This document shows positions 32,922 through 41,426 of a stretch of DNA of 59,689 nucleotides, in pieces (the stretch's first letter is position 1; each line of letters opens with the position of its first letter). The notes below the pieces were generated by a model that was given only the letters and a program-made list of their open reading frames with translations, had not been told where the DNA came from and did not search any database. The stretch covers positions 1-59,689 of the forward strand of contig CAZJKG010000001.1 in NCBI GenBank assembly GCA_964546795.1, read 5' to 3'. Origin of the DNA: an uncultured Candidatus Saccharibacteria bacterium. GTDB taxonomy: Bacteria; Patescibacteriota; Minisyncoccia; Phycocordibacterales; Phycocordibacteraceae. The translations under genes and the position numbers were made by a program.

Positions 32922-33037
32922 ATGCCCCGTATGATTAACTTGAGTCACCAATCGCTCGCAATCCCAATCGCACCTTCGCGCTGCATAAGCGTGGGTTATT
33001 ATTCGGCGCGCCTTCGCGCAAACTAATCATACGGGGT
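32922..33037 (+). repeat. long-range inverted repeat enclosing the whole rpoA-rplQ spacer
   Basis: CCCCGTATGATTA (32925-32937) pairs with TAATCATACGGGG (33024-33036); 15/16 when extended. The loop carries two CCTTCGCGC direct repeats. The 3' arm ends 1 nt before the rplQ ATG. Confidence 0.7.
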
Positions 33038-33391
33038 ATGGCATTTACCAAGAAAGCACAGATCTTCGGTCGTCCGAGTAATCAGCGCCGGGCGCTCCTG
33101 CGCTCGCTTGCGCGCTCCCTGGTCATGCATGAGCGCATCTCAACCACCGAAGCGAAAGCAAAAGCACTGCGCCCGTTCATCGAGCGTCTCGTGACATATG
33201 CTAAGAAAAACACGCTTGCAAGCCGCCGGCTCACACAGACACGCCTCGGCGATAAGGATGCCGTCAAGAAACTTTTCGACTCCATCGGCCCCCGCTACAC
33301 GGGACGCGCCGGCGGCTATACGCGTGTCATCAAGCGCACCAAGCGCGGCTTCAACGATGCCCGCAAACTTGCGTATATCGCTTTTGTTTAG
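33038..33391 (+). CDS. rplQ: 50S ribosomal protein L17
   Basis: GRPSNQRRALLRSLARSLVMHERISTTEAKAKALRPFIERLVT. Confidence 0.95.
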   Translation: MAFTKKAQIFGRPSNQRRALLRSLARSLVMHERISTTEAKAKALRPFIERLVTYAKKNTLASRRLTQTRLGDKDAVKKLFDSIGPRYTGRAGGYTRVIKRTKRGFNDARKLAYIAFV

Positions 33392-33493
33392 AGAAATAAA
33401 GAGTATGACGACTATATTTCTCTTAACACTGAGTAGAACTTTTGCGGGCACTTCCGTAAAAGTGATGCGTAGTGTAAGGTTTCCTAATTGCCT

Positions 33494-33865
33494 ATGACAC
33501 TCAACACGACACCAAAGGAGATGATTCACACGATTGACGCGACCGACCGCACGCTCGGCCGCGTGGCGAGCGAGGCGGCGCATGCGCTCCTCGGGAAGAG
33601 GAGCGTCCACTTCACCAAGAATCAAGCATTGCCGGTCACGGTCACCATCATGAACGCCGACAAGCTTCACCTCCCGGCGCGCCGCACGGAAGGCAAGGTC
33701 TACCTGCGCTACACCGGCTATCCGGGAGGTCAGCGCGAGATGACCATGGCCGAGATGGTCACGAAAAAGGGCGTCGCGGAGGTCCTCAAAAAGACGATTG
33801 ACGGCATGATACCGCGCAACAAGCTCCGCAAGTTGCGCATGAAGAACCTCATCATCAACGCCTAA
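33494..33865 (+). CDS. rplM: 50S ribosomal protein L13
   Basis: ATG 33494 (the track start 33488 is a TTG). IDATDRTLGRVASEAAHALLGK...YLRYTGYPGG. Confidence 0.93.
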   Translation: MTLNTTPKEMIHTIDATDRTLGRVASEAAHALLGKRSVHFTKNQALPVTVTIMNADKLHLPARRTEGKVYLRYTGYPGGQREMTMAEMVTKKGVAEVLKKTIDGMIPRNKLRKLRMKNLIINA

Positions 33866-33866
33866 T

Positions 33867-34262
33867 ATGCCAACCAAATACATCATCGCTGTCGGACGCC
33901 GCAAGACCGCCATCGCGACAGTGCGCATGACCGCCGCTCCGAAGGGCAGTGTCATGGTCAACGGCAAGACCCCGAAAGAATATTTTAAGACAAATGAACG
34001 CGCAAAGATCGCGGAAGAAGCACTCGGCACTGCGCAGAGCGCGGAGCATTATGCAGTCGTCGCGCACGTAGAGGGCGGTGGTGTTGCCGCCCAGGCAGAC
34101 GCTGTGCGGCACGCCATCTCCCGCGCCATCATCAAGGCAGAGCCGAAGACGCGCACAGTGCTCAAGGCCGCTAAGTTCCTCAAACGCGACCCGCGCGCCA
34201 AAGAGCGCAAGAAACCAGGCCTCAAGAAAGCAAGGAAGGCTCCCCAGTGGTCTAAACGGTAG
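33867..34262 (+). CDS. rpsI: 30S ribosomal protein S9
   Basis: AVGRRKTAIATVRM...GGGVAAQADAVRHAISRAI...KKARKAPQWSKR. Confidence 0.95.
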   Translation: MPTKYIIAVGRRKTAIATVRMTAAPKGSVMVNGKTPKEYFKTNERAKIAEEALGTAQSAEHYAVVAHVEGGGVAAQADAVRHAISRAIIKAEPKTRTVLKAAKFLKRDPRAKERKKPGLKKARKAPQWSKR

Positions 34263-34271
34263 TAATACAAA

Positions 34272-34304
34272 AAGAACGCCCGATAATCTCGGGCGTTCTT
34301 TTTC
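34272..34304 (+). terminator. rho-independent terminator of rplM-rpsI
   Basis: GAACGCCCG-ATAATCT-CGGGCGTTC followed by TTTTT. Confidence 0.8.
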
Positions 34305-34401
34305 ATCATCCTTCCGCAGTCCAAACACATGAAATGGCATTTTGCATATGCGGCCACCGGTAGGTGAGCAGCCGCGATGCCATTTCTTGTGAGGGACAAG
34401 C

Positions 34402-34428
34402 AAAGCCCCTCAGTGGTCTAAGCGTTAA
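34402..34428 (+). repeat. second copy of the rpsI 3' end (codes KAPQWSKR*), att-like
   Basis: AAAGCCCCTCAGTGGTCTAAGCGTTAA versus native AAGGCTCCCCAGTGGTCTAAACGGTAG. All 6 differences are synonymous. Followed by its own hairpin and T-run (about 34440-34468). Confidence 0.75.
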
Positions 34429-34485
34429 TCCACTGCATGAAAAACTCTCCCATACGGAGGGTTTTTCATATGTCATGATGAACGA

Positions 34486-34716
34486 GTGGAAATCCATTTC
34501 AGTGATCATGCGTTATTGAAGTTGGGTCAGCGGAAAATTTCGATCTCGTTAGTGCGTAAGGTGGTTTTATCACCCGATATTCGCAGATCAGAGAACTTCC
34601 CAAAAGAAGAGTGGTTTAAGCGGTTTAGAATTTGGCATCTCAAGGTCATTCTTGTCCGAGAGCCCAGACGAATCATTGTCATTACTGCCCATTGGGTAAA
34701 GAAGGTTCCGTTATGA
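34486..34716 (+). CDS. DUF4258-family toxin-like protein
   Basis: 76 aa, GTG start. IHFSDHALLKLGQRKISISLVRKVV fits the DUF4258 N-terminal pattern. Paired with a DUF2283 gene. Confidence 0.65.
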   Translation: MEIHFSDHALLKLGQRKISISLVRKVVLSPDIRRSENFPKEEWFKRFRIWHLKVILVREPRRIIVITAHWVKKVPL

Positions 34717-34729
34717 TATACTGTCGACA

Positions 34730-34954
34730 ATGAAAATTACATATGATAAAAAGGTTGATGCGTTGAATGTCTCGATCCGTCCCGGGGCAGTCGCTAAAAC
34801 TGTAGAAGTCGCTCCTGAAGTGCTTCTTGATATCGACAAGAAAGGCCGTCTCCTTAATCTGGAAATTCTTGGTGCCCGAGAAAAAGTGGGGGCTCGAAAC
34901 TTCAGCACTGTGAATATCGGGGGCACGTTGGTTCCGATGTCTTCACTGGCTTAA
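34730..34954 (+). CDS. DUF2283-family antitoxin-like protein
   Basis: 74 aa. MKITYDKKVDALNVSI...LLDIDKKGRLLNLEILGA is the typical DUF2283 pattern. Confidence 0.75.
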   Translation: MKITYDKKVDALNVSIRPGAVAKTVEVAPEVLLDIDKKGRLLNLEILGAREKVGARNFSTVNIGGTLVPMSSLA

Positions 34955-34957
34955 ATA

Positions 34958-35022
34958 CCAAAGAGCGCAAGAAACCAGGCCTTAAGAAAGCAAGAAAAGC
35001 TCCTCAGTGGTCGAAGCGTTAG
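34958..35022 (+). repeat. third copy of the rpsI 3' end (65 nt, codes KERKKPGLKKARKAPQWSKR*)
   Basis: 58/65 identical to 34198-34262. All 7 differences are third-position synonymous. A decayed fourth remnant (AAGCGTTAATC, 35051-35061) matches copy 2. Confidence 0.85.
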
Positions 35023-35093
35023 CGGAAATCCCGAGTATTTTGAGGGGAGCAAGCGTTAATCTAAAAGTCGTTTTTTATCACTTCATTTTAATT

Positions 35094-36170
35094 TCAGGAT
35101 TCAATTAGAGGAATTATGTTTTTGTTGCGAGCGAGAATACATGTGGCATTAACACTACCTCCATCTTGAAAAGAACGCTTATATTCTTTTTCTTTCCCGA
35201 TTTCTAAATATTTTTCAGACATTTTCACTGCAGCCACAACTTTTCGGACAAAATCTATATTTTCGCCCCAACCCATAAAATAAATACTTTCTACACCGGA
35301 TGGTAAGTGTTCTGTACGATACACGTAACTACTAATCTCCTCGGTATTTCTTTTATCCCTCGCTGCTACTAGTATAAAAGAAACCTTTATGTTGTTATCC
35401 CGGAAATCCATATTACTAATCGATCTGCGCTCTCGGCTGATGAATTGTAAAAGGAATCCAATAAATTTCTCCACTTCTTGAGACAGTCCTCTTATATGTG
35501 GGCGAAATGATGCCTTTGCTCCAAGAAAAACCATTTCTTGAATAAAGACAGTAAAGAAAACACCGCCTTCGTCCATCTGTTCAAGCTTATTGAACAAGGT
35601 CTGTATATTTGGATGTTTTGCAATAAGTGGTCTATAAAATTTCTCTTCCAGCTCCTTTAATCCTTCCTTTCCTCCATTCATCAGAATATTTTTTGCGGTA
35701 TAAAGACGAATAGCTTCCTGTTGAAGACGATTTAAAGATGGATCGATCCTCGAATATAAGTGTTGGCTATAGAAAACTGCGACGTTCGCTAAATTTTCTC
35801 CGTGATTCTCTCTTTTCTGAAGATATAGTACGAGAGTATGGTCTCTTATAAATGCTTCACGTGTCGTGGTTCTAACAAGGACTATTTTAACTTGATTGGC
35901 GTCGAGTCCATCTATCTTGCTTAGAACATTTTCGATACCCTTGCCGACTTTGCCCTCGATATGGTTAACAACGTAATAACGCTCGGCAAAAACACCAAAG
36001 AAATAGGATAGAACTGACCAGACCTGAGCGAGAACAAGTTTGACGTTGGCGGGATACTGAACCCAAATCCACCAAAGAATCAGTGCTATAACAACTGCTG
36101 ACCCGAGACCCGTGGTAAGACCACCTGCGAATCCTCGGGCAGTGGCTTCTGCAATTTCAGGACTAATCAT
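35094..36170 (-). CDS. membrane-anchored hypothetical protein (N-terminal TM, soluble domain of about 290 aa), very AT-rich
   Basis: 358-aa ORF. GFAGGLTTGLGSAVVIALILWWIWV is hydrophobic; I recognised no motif in the remainder. Its start overlaps the upstream 81-aa gene by 8 nt. Confidence 0.7.
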   Translation of the reverse strand: MISPEIAEATARGFAGGLTTGLGSAVVIALILWWIWVQYPANVKLVLAQVWSVLSYFFGVFAERYYVVNHIEGKVGKGIENVLSKIDGLDANQVKIVLVRTTTREAFIRDHTLVLYLQKRENHGENLANVAVFYSQHLYSRIDPSLNRLQQEAIRLYTAKNILMNGGKEGLKELEEKFYRPLIAKHPNIQTLFNKLEQMDEGGVFFTVFIQEMVFLGAKASFRPHIRGLSQEVEKFIGFLLQFISRERRSISNMDFRDNNIKVSFILVAARDKRNTEEISSYVYRTEHLPSGVESIYFMGWGENIDFVRKVVAAVKMSEKYLEIGKEKEYKRSFQDGGSVNATCILARNKNIIPLIES

Positions 36171-36408
36171 GGTCCTTTCTAGTAATTTTTTCTAATTTTG
36201 CACGGGCAGTGTCGTTGTCTGCAACAAATCTGATTTCTTTCCCATCTGAAAATATGCTGAGTAGATTATTCTTACTTATTATGACATTTGAGAAAATACA
36301 ATGAATGTGCCCATTCTCAAAATCATTCTTAAAGCCCAGATCTTCAATTAATTTTGATAGGTCTTTGTCGTATACTGCTTTAATTTCCTGTGGTTGACTC
36401 ATTCCCAT
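36163..36408 (-). CDS. small hypothetical protein, translationally coupled to 35094-36170
   Basis: 81-aa ORF. Same strand and composition as the downstream gene. Confidence 0.6.
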   Translation of the reverse strand: MGMSQPQEIKAVYDKDLSKLIEDLGFKNDFENGHIHCIFSNVIISKNNLLSIFSDGKEIRFVADNDTARAKLEKITRKDHD

Positions 36409-36484
36409 ATTTTACTCTTGTATTAATATCAGTAAAGAGAGTTTTCATTTTGACTTCAACAAGATATTCTGGCATAGTGGGGAG

Positions 36485-37093
36485 ATGGCTATAACTTTTG
36501 GAAAAAGTTCGCCCGACTCCGCCGAGGAGGCGGAGTTTAGGGATGAAGAGGAAGTGAAAATTGTCGAAGACCCTGAAGTTGCTGAAGGGTCTGAAGATCC
36601 CGAGGCAGCCGAGGGAAAGAAAGTCGCGAAGATGCGCGAGGAGTTGAGCGCGTGCCGGAAGGATAAGCAGGAATATATGGACGGCTGGCAGAGGGCCAAG
36701 GCGGACTATGTGAATCTACTCAAGCGATTTGAGGTGGAAATCAAGACCGCCAAGGTCGCAGGAGTGGTGAAGGCAGTAGAGACGCTTCTGCCGGCATTTG
36801 ACGCCCTGGAGCGCTCCAAGGAGCACCTGCCTGCCGGCAGGCAGGTGGTAAATTCCGAAGGATTCCTCGCCATCGCCAAGCAGCTAGAGAGTGCCTTCGC
36901 CTCGCTCGGCCTCCAAGAGCTTGGGAAGGGCGGCGAAAAGTTTGATCCGGCTTATCATGAGGCATTGGGACGGGATGTGGCAGAATCCATTGAAACCGAC
37001 GATACTATCACCACGGTATTAGAAAAAGGATGGAAGATAGGCGACAATGTCATTCGTCCGGCGAAGGTCCGTGTCGCGCACTTTGCAAAATAA
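36485..37093 (+). CDS. grpE: nucleotide exchange factor GrpE
   Basis: 202 aa. Coiled-coil N-terminus, FDPAYHEAL and VLEKGWKIGDNVIRPAKVRV motifs. Confidence 0.9.
   Translation: MAITFGKSSPDSAEEAEFRDEEEVKIVEDPEVAEGSEDPEAAEGKKVAKMREELSACRKDKQEYMDGWQRAKADYVNLLKRFEVEIKTAKVAGVVKAVETLLPAFDALERSKEHLPAGRQVVNSEGFLAIAKQLESAFASLGLQELGKGGEKFDPAYHEALGRDVAESIETDDTITTVLEKGWKIGDNVIRPAKVRVAHFAK
36824..36847. repeat. perfect 24-bp palindrome CACCTGCCTGCCGGCAGGCAGGTG inside grpE (20-bp core shared with alaS)
   Basis: The core at 36826-36845 is identical to 27486-27505. Same codon phase, encoding LPAGRQ. Confidence 0.9.
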
Positions 37094-37232
37094 CTTGCCG
37101 CCAAGTGAAAAATAAGAGCGCGTTCCAGGCTACTTCGGTCAAGTCCTTACTCTCTTATTTTTTACTTGGCGGGGCAAAGTTGCGCGAACACGAACATTTA
37201 CGTACAATTACTAAAAGTTAATTAATTTCACT

Positions 37233-39128
37233 ATGGCAAAAATCCTTGGCATTGATTTGGGTACTACGAATTCCGCGATGGCGATAGTGGAAGGCGGCGA
37301 ACCGCGCGTTCTTGAGAACGCCGAGGGCGCACGCACGACCCCGTCCATCGTCGCAGTGGGGAAGACCGGCGAACGTATTGTTGGCACACTTGCCAAGCGC
37401 CAATCGGTGACGAACCCTCTCAATACTATTTTCCAAATTAAGCGTTTCATCGGTCATTCCTTTGACGAGCCGGAGGTACAGAAGGATAAAGCCGTTGTCC
37501 CATTTGAAATGAAGAAGGCCGACAAAGGCGGCATTGAGGTCAAAATGACCGAAAAATGGTATCGCCCCGAAGAAATATCGGCAATGATTTTGGGCAAGAT
37601 GAAGGCCGATGCGGAGGCGAAACTCGGCGAGAAGATTACCGAAGCGGTTATCACCGTTCCCGCATACTTCAACGACGACCAGCGCAGTGCGACGAAAGCC
37701 GCAGGACAGATAGCCGGTCTGGATGTGAAGCGCATCATCAATGAACCGACCGCGGCTGCCCTCGCCTATGGCTTCAACAAAAAAAAGGATGAAAAGATAG
37801 CGGTCTTTGACTTCGGCGGCGGTACCTTTGATATTTCGGTGCTTGAAGTGGGCGGCGACGTCATAGAAGTGAAGAGTACCGATGGCGATGCACACCTGGG
37901 CGGCAAGGATATTGACCAAAAGATAATCAACTGGCTTGCGGACGAGTTCAAGAAGGAGAGCAGTATAGATGTGCGGAGCGATGCACTCGCGCGCCAGCGC
38001 CTGGACGAGGCCGCCGAGAAAGCGAAGATAGAACTCTCAAGCGCGATGGAGACCGAGATTAATATTCCGTTCCTTACCTCGGACGCCTCTGGTCCGCGCC
38101 ACTTACTCATCAAAATGACGCGTGCCAAACTAGAAGAAGTTGCGGCTGAATTCATCACCCGCGCGATGGATATCACCAAGCGCGCGATGGAGGCCTCGCC
38201 GTTTAAAATACCGGAGATAAATGAAGTGATACTCGTGGGTGGTCAGACCCGCATGCCGAAGATCCAGGCCGAAGTCGAGAAGTTCTTCGGCAAGAAGCCA
38301 AATATGACGGTGAATCCGGACGAAGTGGTTGCCATCGGCGCAGCTATCCAGGCGGGCATTCTCCAGGGCGACGTGAAGGATATTCTGCTCGTGGACGTCA
38401 TCCCTCTCTCGCTCGCCATAGAGACGATGGGCGGCGTCGCAACCAAGCTTGTGGAGCGCAATACCGCGATACCGACGAACCGCTCACAGACGTTCTCCAC
38501 CGCAGCAGACAATCAGCCATCGGTAGAGATACATATCACGCAGGGTGAGCGCGCGATGAGCGCCGATAACAAGTCGCTCGGTAAGTTCATGCTAGACGGC
38601 ATCCCGCCGGCTCCCCGCGGCATGCCGCAAGTAGAAGTGACGTTTGATATAGATGCTTCCGGCATCCTCACCGTGAAAGCCAAGGAGAAGACGACCAGCA
38701 AGGAACAGTCCATTCGCATTGAGGGTTCCACTGGTCTTTCTAAAGAAGATATCGCGAAGATGCAGGCCGATGCCGAAGCGCACGCCGCGGACGATGAGAA
38801 ACGCAAAGAGCTTGTAGAGGCGCGTAATATCGCCGACCAGGCCGTCTACGCCGGCGAGAAAGCAATTAAGGAGCACGGTGAGAAAGCGGGGCCGGAGGTG
38901 GTGAAAGAAGTGCAAGATAAAATTGACGCTCTGAAGACGGCGCGCGCGAGTGAGGATTCAGCGCTCATCAAGACCGCCACCGAGACACTTTCCTCGGCAC
39001 TCATGAAGATCGGTGAGGCGATGGCGAAACAATCCCAGACACCGCCGGCGTCTGACGCCGGCGGGCAGACCCCTCCGCCCGATGCCGCCGCTGGCGCGAC
39101 CGACGCAGAGTTTAAAGAAAAGCCCTAA
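37233..39128 (+). CDS. dnaK: molecular chaperone DnaK (Hsp70)
   Basis: 631 aa. [17 protein letters not shown] and other Hsp70 signatures. Confidence 0.97.
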   Translation: MAKILGIDLGTTNSAMAIVEGGEPRVLENAEGARTTPSIVAVGKTGERIVGTLAKRQSVTNPLNTIFQIKRFIGHSFDEPEVQKDKAVVPFEMKKADKGGIEVKMTEKWYRPEEISAMILGKMKADAEAKLGEKITEAVITVPAYFNDDQRSATKAAGQIAGLDVKRIINEPTAAALAYGFNKKKDEKIAVFDFGGGTFDISVLEVGGDVIEVKSTDGDAHLGGKDIDQKIINWLADEFKKESSIDVRSDALARQRLDEAAEKAKIELSSAMETEINIPFLTSDASGPRHLLIKMTRAKLEEVAAEFITRAMDITKRAMEASPFKIPEINEVILVGGQTRMPKIQAEVEKFFGKKPNMTVNPDEVVAIGAAIQAGILQGDVKDILLVDVIPLSLAIETMGGVATKLVERNTAIPTNRSQTFSTAADNQPSVEIHITQGERAMSADNKSLGKFMLDGIPPAPRGMPQVEVTFDIDASGILTVKAKEKTTSKEQSIRIEGSTGLSKEDIAKMQADAEAHAADDEKRKELVEARNIADQAVYAGEKAIKEHGEKAGPEVVKEVQDKIDALKTARASEDSALIKTATETLSSALMKIGEAMAKQSQTPPASDAGGQTPPPDAAAGATDAEFKEKP

Positions 39129-39147
39129 TCCCTAAGATAATTTCTAA

Positions 39148-39177
39148 AGCCCCCGCGATGCTCTGCATCGCGGGGCT
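39148..39177 (+). terminator. GC-rich hairpin after dnaK (weak T-run)
   Basis: AGCCCCCGCGATG-CTCTG-CATCGCGGGGCT. Confidence 0.5.
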
Positions 39178-39273
39178 TATCCTTGACTTATATCTCGCCT
39201 GAGCATATTTTCTACATGGATGCTTTTTCCAATCACAAACTAACACGACCAAAAATCCGAAAAGGGAGGGTGT

Positions 39274-40233
39274 ATGTACAAACCAGTTCCTCTGAAATCG
39301 GTTTTCCTGGAAAACGAAAAGGAGTGGCCGGAATGGTTTGCACTTGATTTCGTCTACGATCTGAATCCGACGCTTCTTCCTCTACCTTTTCCGGTTCCTC
39401 TCCTCATCCTTGGCTTTGCCGAAGAACCTCTGCATCGGCTCGTTGAAGAGTTGCTGAAATCTCCCATTCTCGAAGATTGCCAAGAACGTCTCAAGGAACA
39501 TGACGTCAAAGCGGACTTTTCCCTCAACATCAAAGAACCCTGGGGGTTCGCGGGGGTGCTCAGTCCGTATTATCGACCAGGCCGCGAGGGAATCATTGAA
39601 TACGCCATTCCCATTCCGCGGATAGAGAAGGATGCGGGTGAGTGCGAATCCTGCCACGGCACTGCTCAGGATGATGAAATGGATTGTTTTCACTGCATGG
39701 GAACAGGAATGGAGACGGAGCGGGACTGGGAAGCCATCACCTGCATTTTCGCGACCCTCTGGGTTCTTGGCGTTCTGTTGGACAGGCCGGAAAAGGAATT
39801 ACTTGCTGGTATCGACACCGAGCGAAAACAGCTCTTGTCGGTACGGACATCCTTTGACCGGGAACGTTTCTTTATCAGCGCGCGACTCTCCAGAACGTTC
39901 GGTGATTACATGCGCTCGCTCTCGAACCAGAATTTGCCGGAAATGAAGGAGGCGATCAAGAGCGCATATCTGCAGATGTACCCGAATTATGAAAGGTTCG
40001 GTGACTTCGATTACAAGGCGGCTGTTCACGACAATGGTCAGGTCATTCTTGATGTTCCCGGCAGTGCTTGTGGCTTGTACGTGGACGGCTCCAGCAGCAG
40101 CTTGTACGAGGCCTCTGGACCGATGAGATTGGATTGCCACAATGTCGATGGATACCATCAGGAATTGGCACTTCTCTCGGGTCTCGCCGCGCTCTGTGGC
40201 ATGGCCAGAAAAAGCTTGTACCCCAATACGTGA
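39274..40233 (+). CDS. hypothetical protein with one DnaJ-type CxxCxGxG zinc-finger pair, inserted between dnaK and dnaJ
   Basis: 319 aa. CESCHGTAQDDEMDCFHCMGTG. Own promoter candidate (TTGACT 39183-39188 / TATTTT 39206-39211), strong SD GGGAGGG and a terminator. Confidence 0.65.
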   Translation: MYKPVPLKSVFLENEKEWPEWFALDFVYDLNPTLLPLPFPVPLLILGFAEEPLHRLVEELLKSPILEDCQERLKEHDVKADFSLNIKEPWGFAGVLSPYYRPGREGIIEYAIPIPRIEKDAGECESCHGTAQDDEMDCFHCMGTGMETERDWEAITCIFATLWVLGVLLDRPEKELLAGIDTERKQLLSVRTSFDRERFFISARLSRTFGDYMRSLSNQNLPEMKEAIKSAYLQMYPNYERFGDFDYKAAVHDNGQVILDVPGSACGLYVDGSSSSLYEASGPMRLDCHNVDGYHQELALLSGLAALCGMARKSLYPNT

Positions 40234-40237
40234 AAGG

Positions 40238-40275
40238 AAAACCGCGCCGCCCCGGTATATGGGCGGTTTCTTTTT
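40238..40275 (+). terminator. rho-independent terminator
   Basis: AAACCGC...GCGGTTT GC-rich hairpin followed by CTTTTT. Confidence 0.6.
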
Positions 40276-40302
40276 GCATACAAAAAGTAAGAGGAGTATA
40301 AT
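40274..40302 (+). promoter_or_regulatory. sigma70-type promoter of dnaJ (leaderless geometry)
   Basis: TTGCAT (40274-40279), 17 nt, TATAAT (40297-40302). ATG 40311 lies 8 nt downstream, no SD. Confidence 0.5.
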
Positions 40303-40310
40303 CGACGCAT

Positions 40311-41405
40311 ATGGCAAAGGATTACTACAACGTACTGGGCATTGATAAGAAAGCGACTAAGGACGATATCAAAAAGGCGTTCCGACATCTTGCGCACAAA
40401 TATCATCCTGATAAGGGCGGTACTGACGAATCAAAGTTCAAAGAAATTACCGAGGCCTATTCGGTCTTGAGTGATGATAAGAAGCGCCGCGAATATGATA
40501 CCTATGGCCAGGCATTCGCGGGCGGCGCGCCGCGGGGCGGGCAGGGAGGCGCACAAGGATTCAACGGTTTTGATTTCAGCGGTTTCCAGCAGGGTTTCGG
40601 CCAGGGCGGCGCGGAATTCGATTTCGGAGATATTTTTGGCGACATGTTTGGAGGCGGCCGCGGAGGGCAGACACGCACGCCACGGGGCCGTGATATTTCC
40701 ATTGACTTGGAAATTCCTTTCAAAGATGCCGTCTTCGGCACTTCTCGCACGGTCCTCATAGCCAAGGTCTCTACCTGTAGTCATTGCCACGGCTCCGGAG
40801 CGAAGCCGGGTACCGAGCTTGAGACCTGCACGACCTGTAATGGCAGCGGGCGTGTGCACGAGACGCGCAACTCCATCCTCGGACAGTTCAGCAGCGTCCG
40901 CGCGTGCACCATCTGCGACGGCAGCGGGAAGATTCCTAAAGAGAAATGTCCAGAATGCAAAGGTCACGGTACGAGGCGCAAAGAGGAAGAGATAAAAATA
41001 AGTATTCCCGCTGGCATGGATAATGGCGAGATGATACGCCTGCCGCAACAGGGCGAGGCGGTAAAGACAGGTGTCCCGGGCGATCTGTACGTTAAAATAC
41101 ATGTGAAGCCGCATCAGACGTTCCGCCGCGATGGCTCGCATCTCATTATGAACCTGCCGGTCAAGCTTACCGATGCAATACTCGGCACTACCGTTTCTAT
41201 AGAGACATTGGAAGGGAAGACACTTGAAGTAAAAGTTCCGCCAATGAAACGCGCGGAAGAACTCCTACGCGTCGCAGGTAGAGGTATTCCGAGCGAAAGT
41301 GGCGGGCGCGGCGATCTCATCATTCATTTGGAAACGGCGCTTCCGCACAAACTCTCGGCAAAGGCACGGAAGGTTGTTGAGGACTTGAAAAGCGAGGGAT
41401 TATAG
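40311..41405 (+). CDS. dnaJ: molecular chaperone DnaJ
   Basis: J-domain HPD (KYHPDKGG), G/F region, four CxxCxGxG repeats. Confidence 0.95.
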   Translation: MAKDYYNVLGIDKKATKDDIKKAFRHLAHKYHPDKGGTDESKFKEITEAYSVLSDDKKRREYDTYGQAFAGGAPRGGQGGAQGFNGFDFSGFQQGFGQGGAEFDFGDIFGDMFGGGRGGQTRTPRGRDISIDLEIPFKDAVFGTSRTVLIAKVSTCSHCHGSGAKPGTELETCTTCNGSGRVHETRNSILGQFSSVRACTICDGSGKIPKEKCPECKGHGTRRKEEEIKISIPAGMDNGEMIRLPQQGEAVKTGVPGDLYVKIHVKPHQTFRRDGSHLIMNLPVKLTDAILGTTVSIETLEGKTLEVKVPPMKRAEELLRVAGRGIPSESGGRGDLIIHLETALPHKLSAKARKVVEDLKSEGL

Positions 41406-41426
41406 AGGTGGTATACACTATAAAGC

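Noticed and set aside
33140-34030. 296-aa minus-strand ORF spanning rplQ-rplM-rpsI
   Set aside because: It is antisense to three unmistakable ribosomal protein genes. The Arg/Ala/Leu-rich translation is typical of open antisense frames in GC-rich DNA.
37218-37919. 233-aa minus-strand ORF. Similar long antisense ORFs lie at 40431-41141, 44587-45396, 50936-51913 and 53409-54005.
   Set aside because: All lie opposite strongly supported genes (dnaK, dnaJ, tyrS, aspS/pepA, scpB) and show no motifs. They are treated as shadow ORFs.
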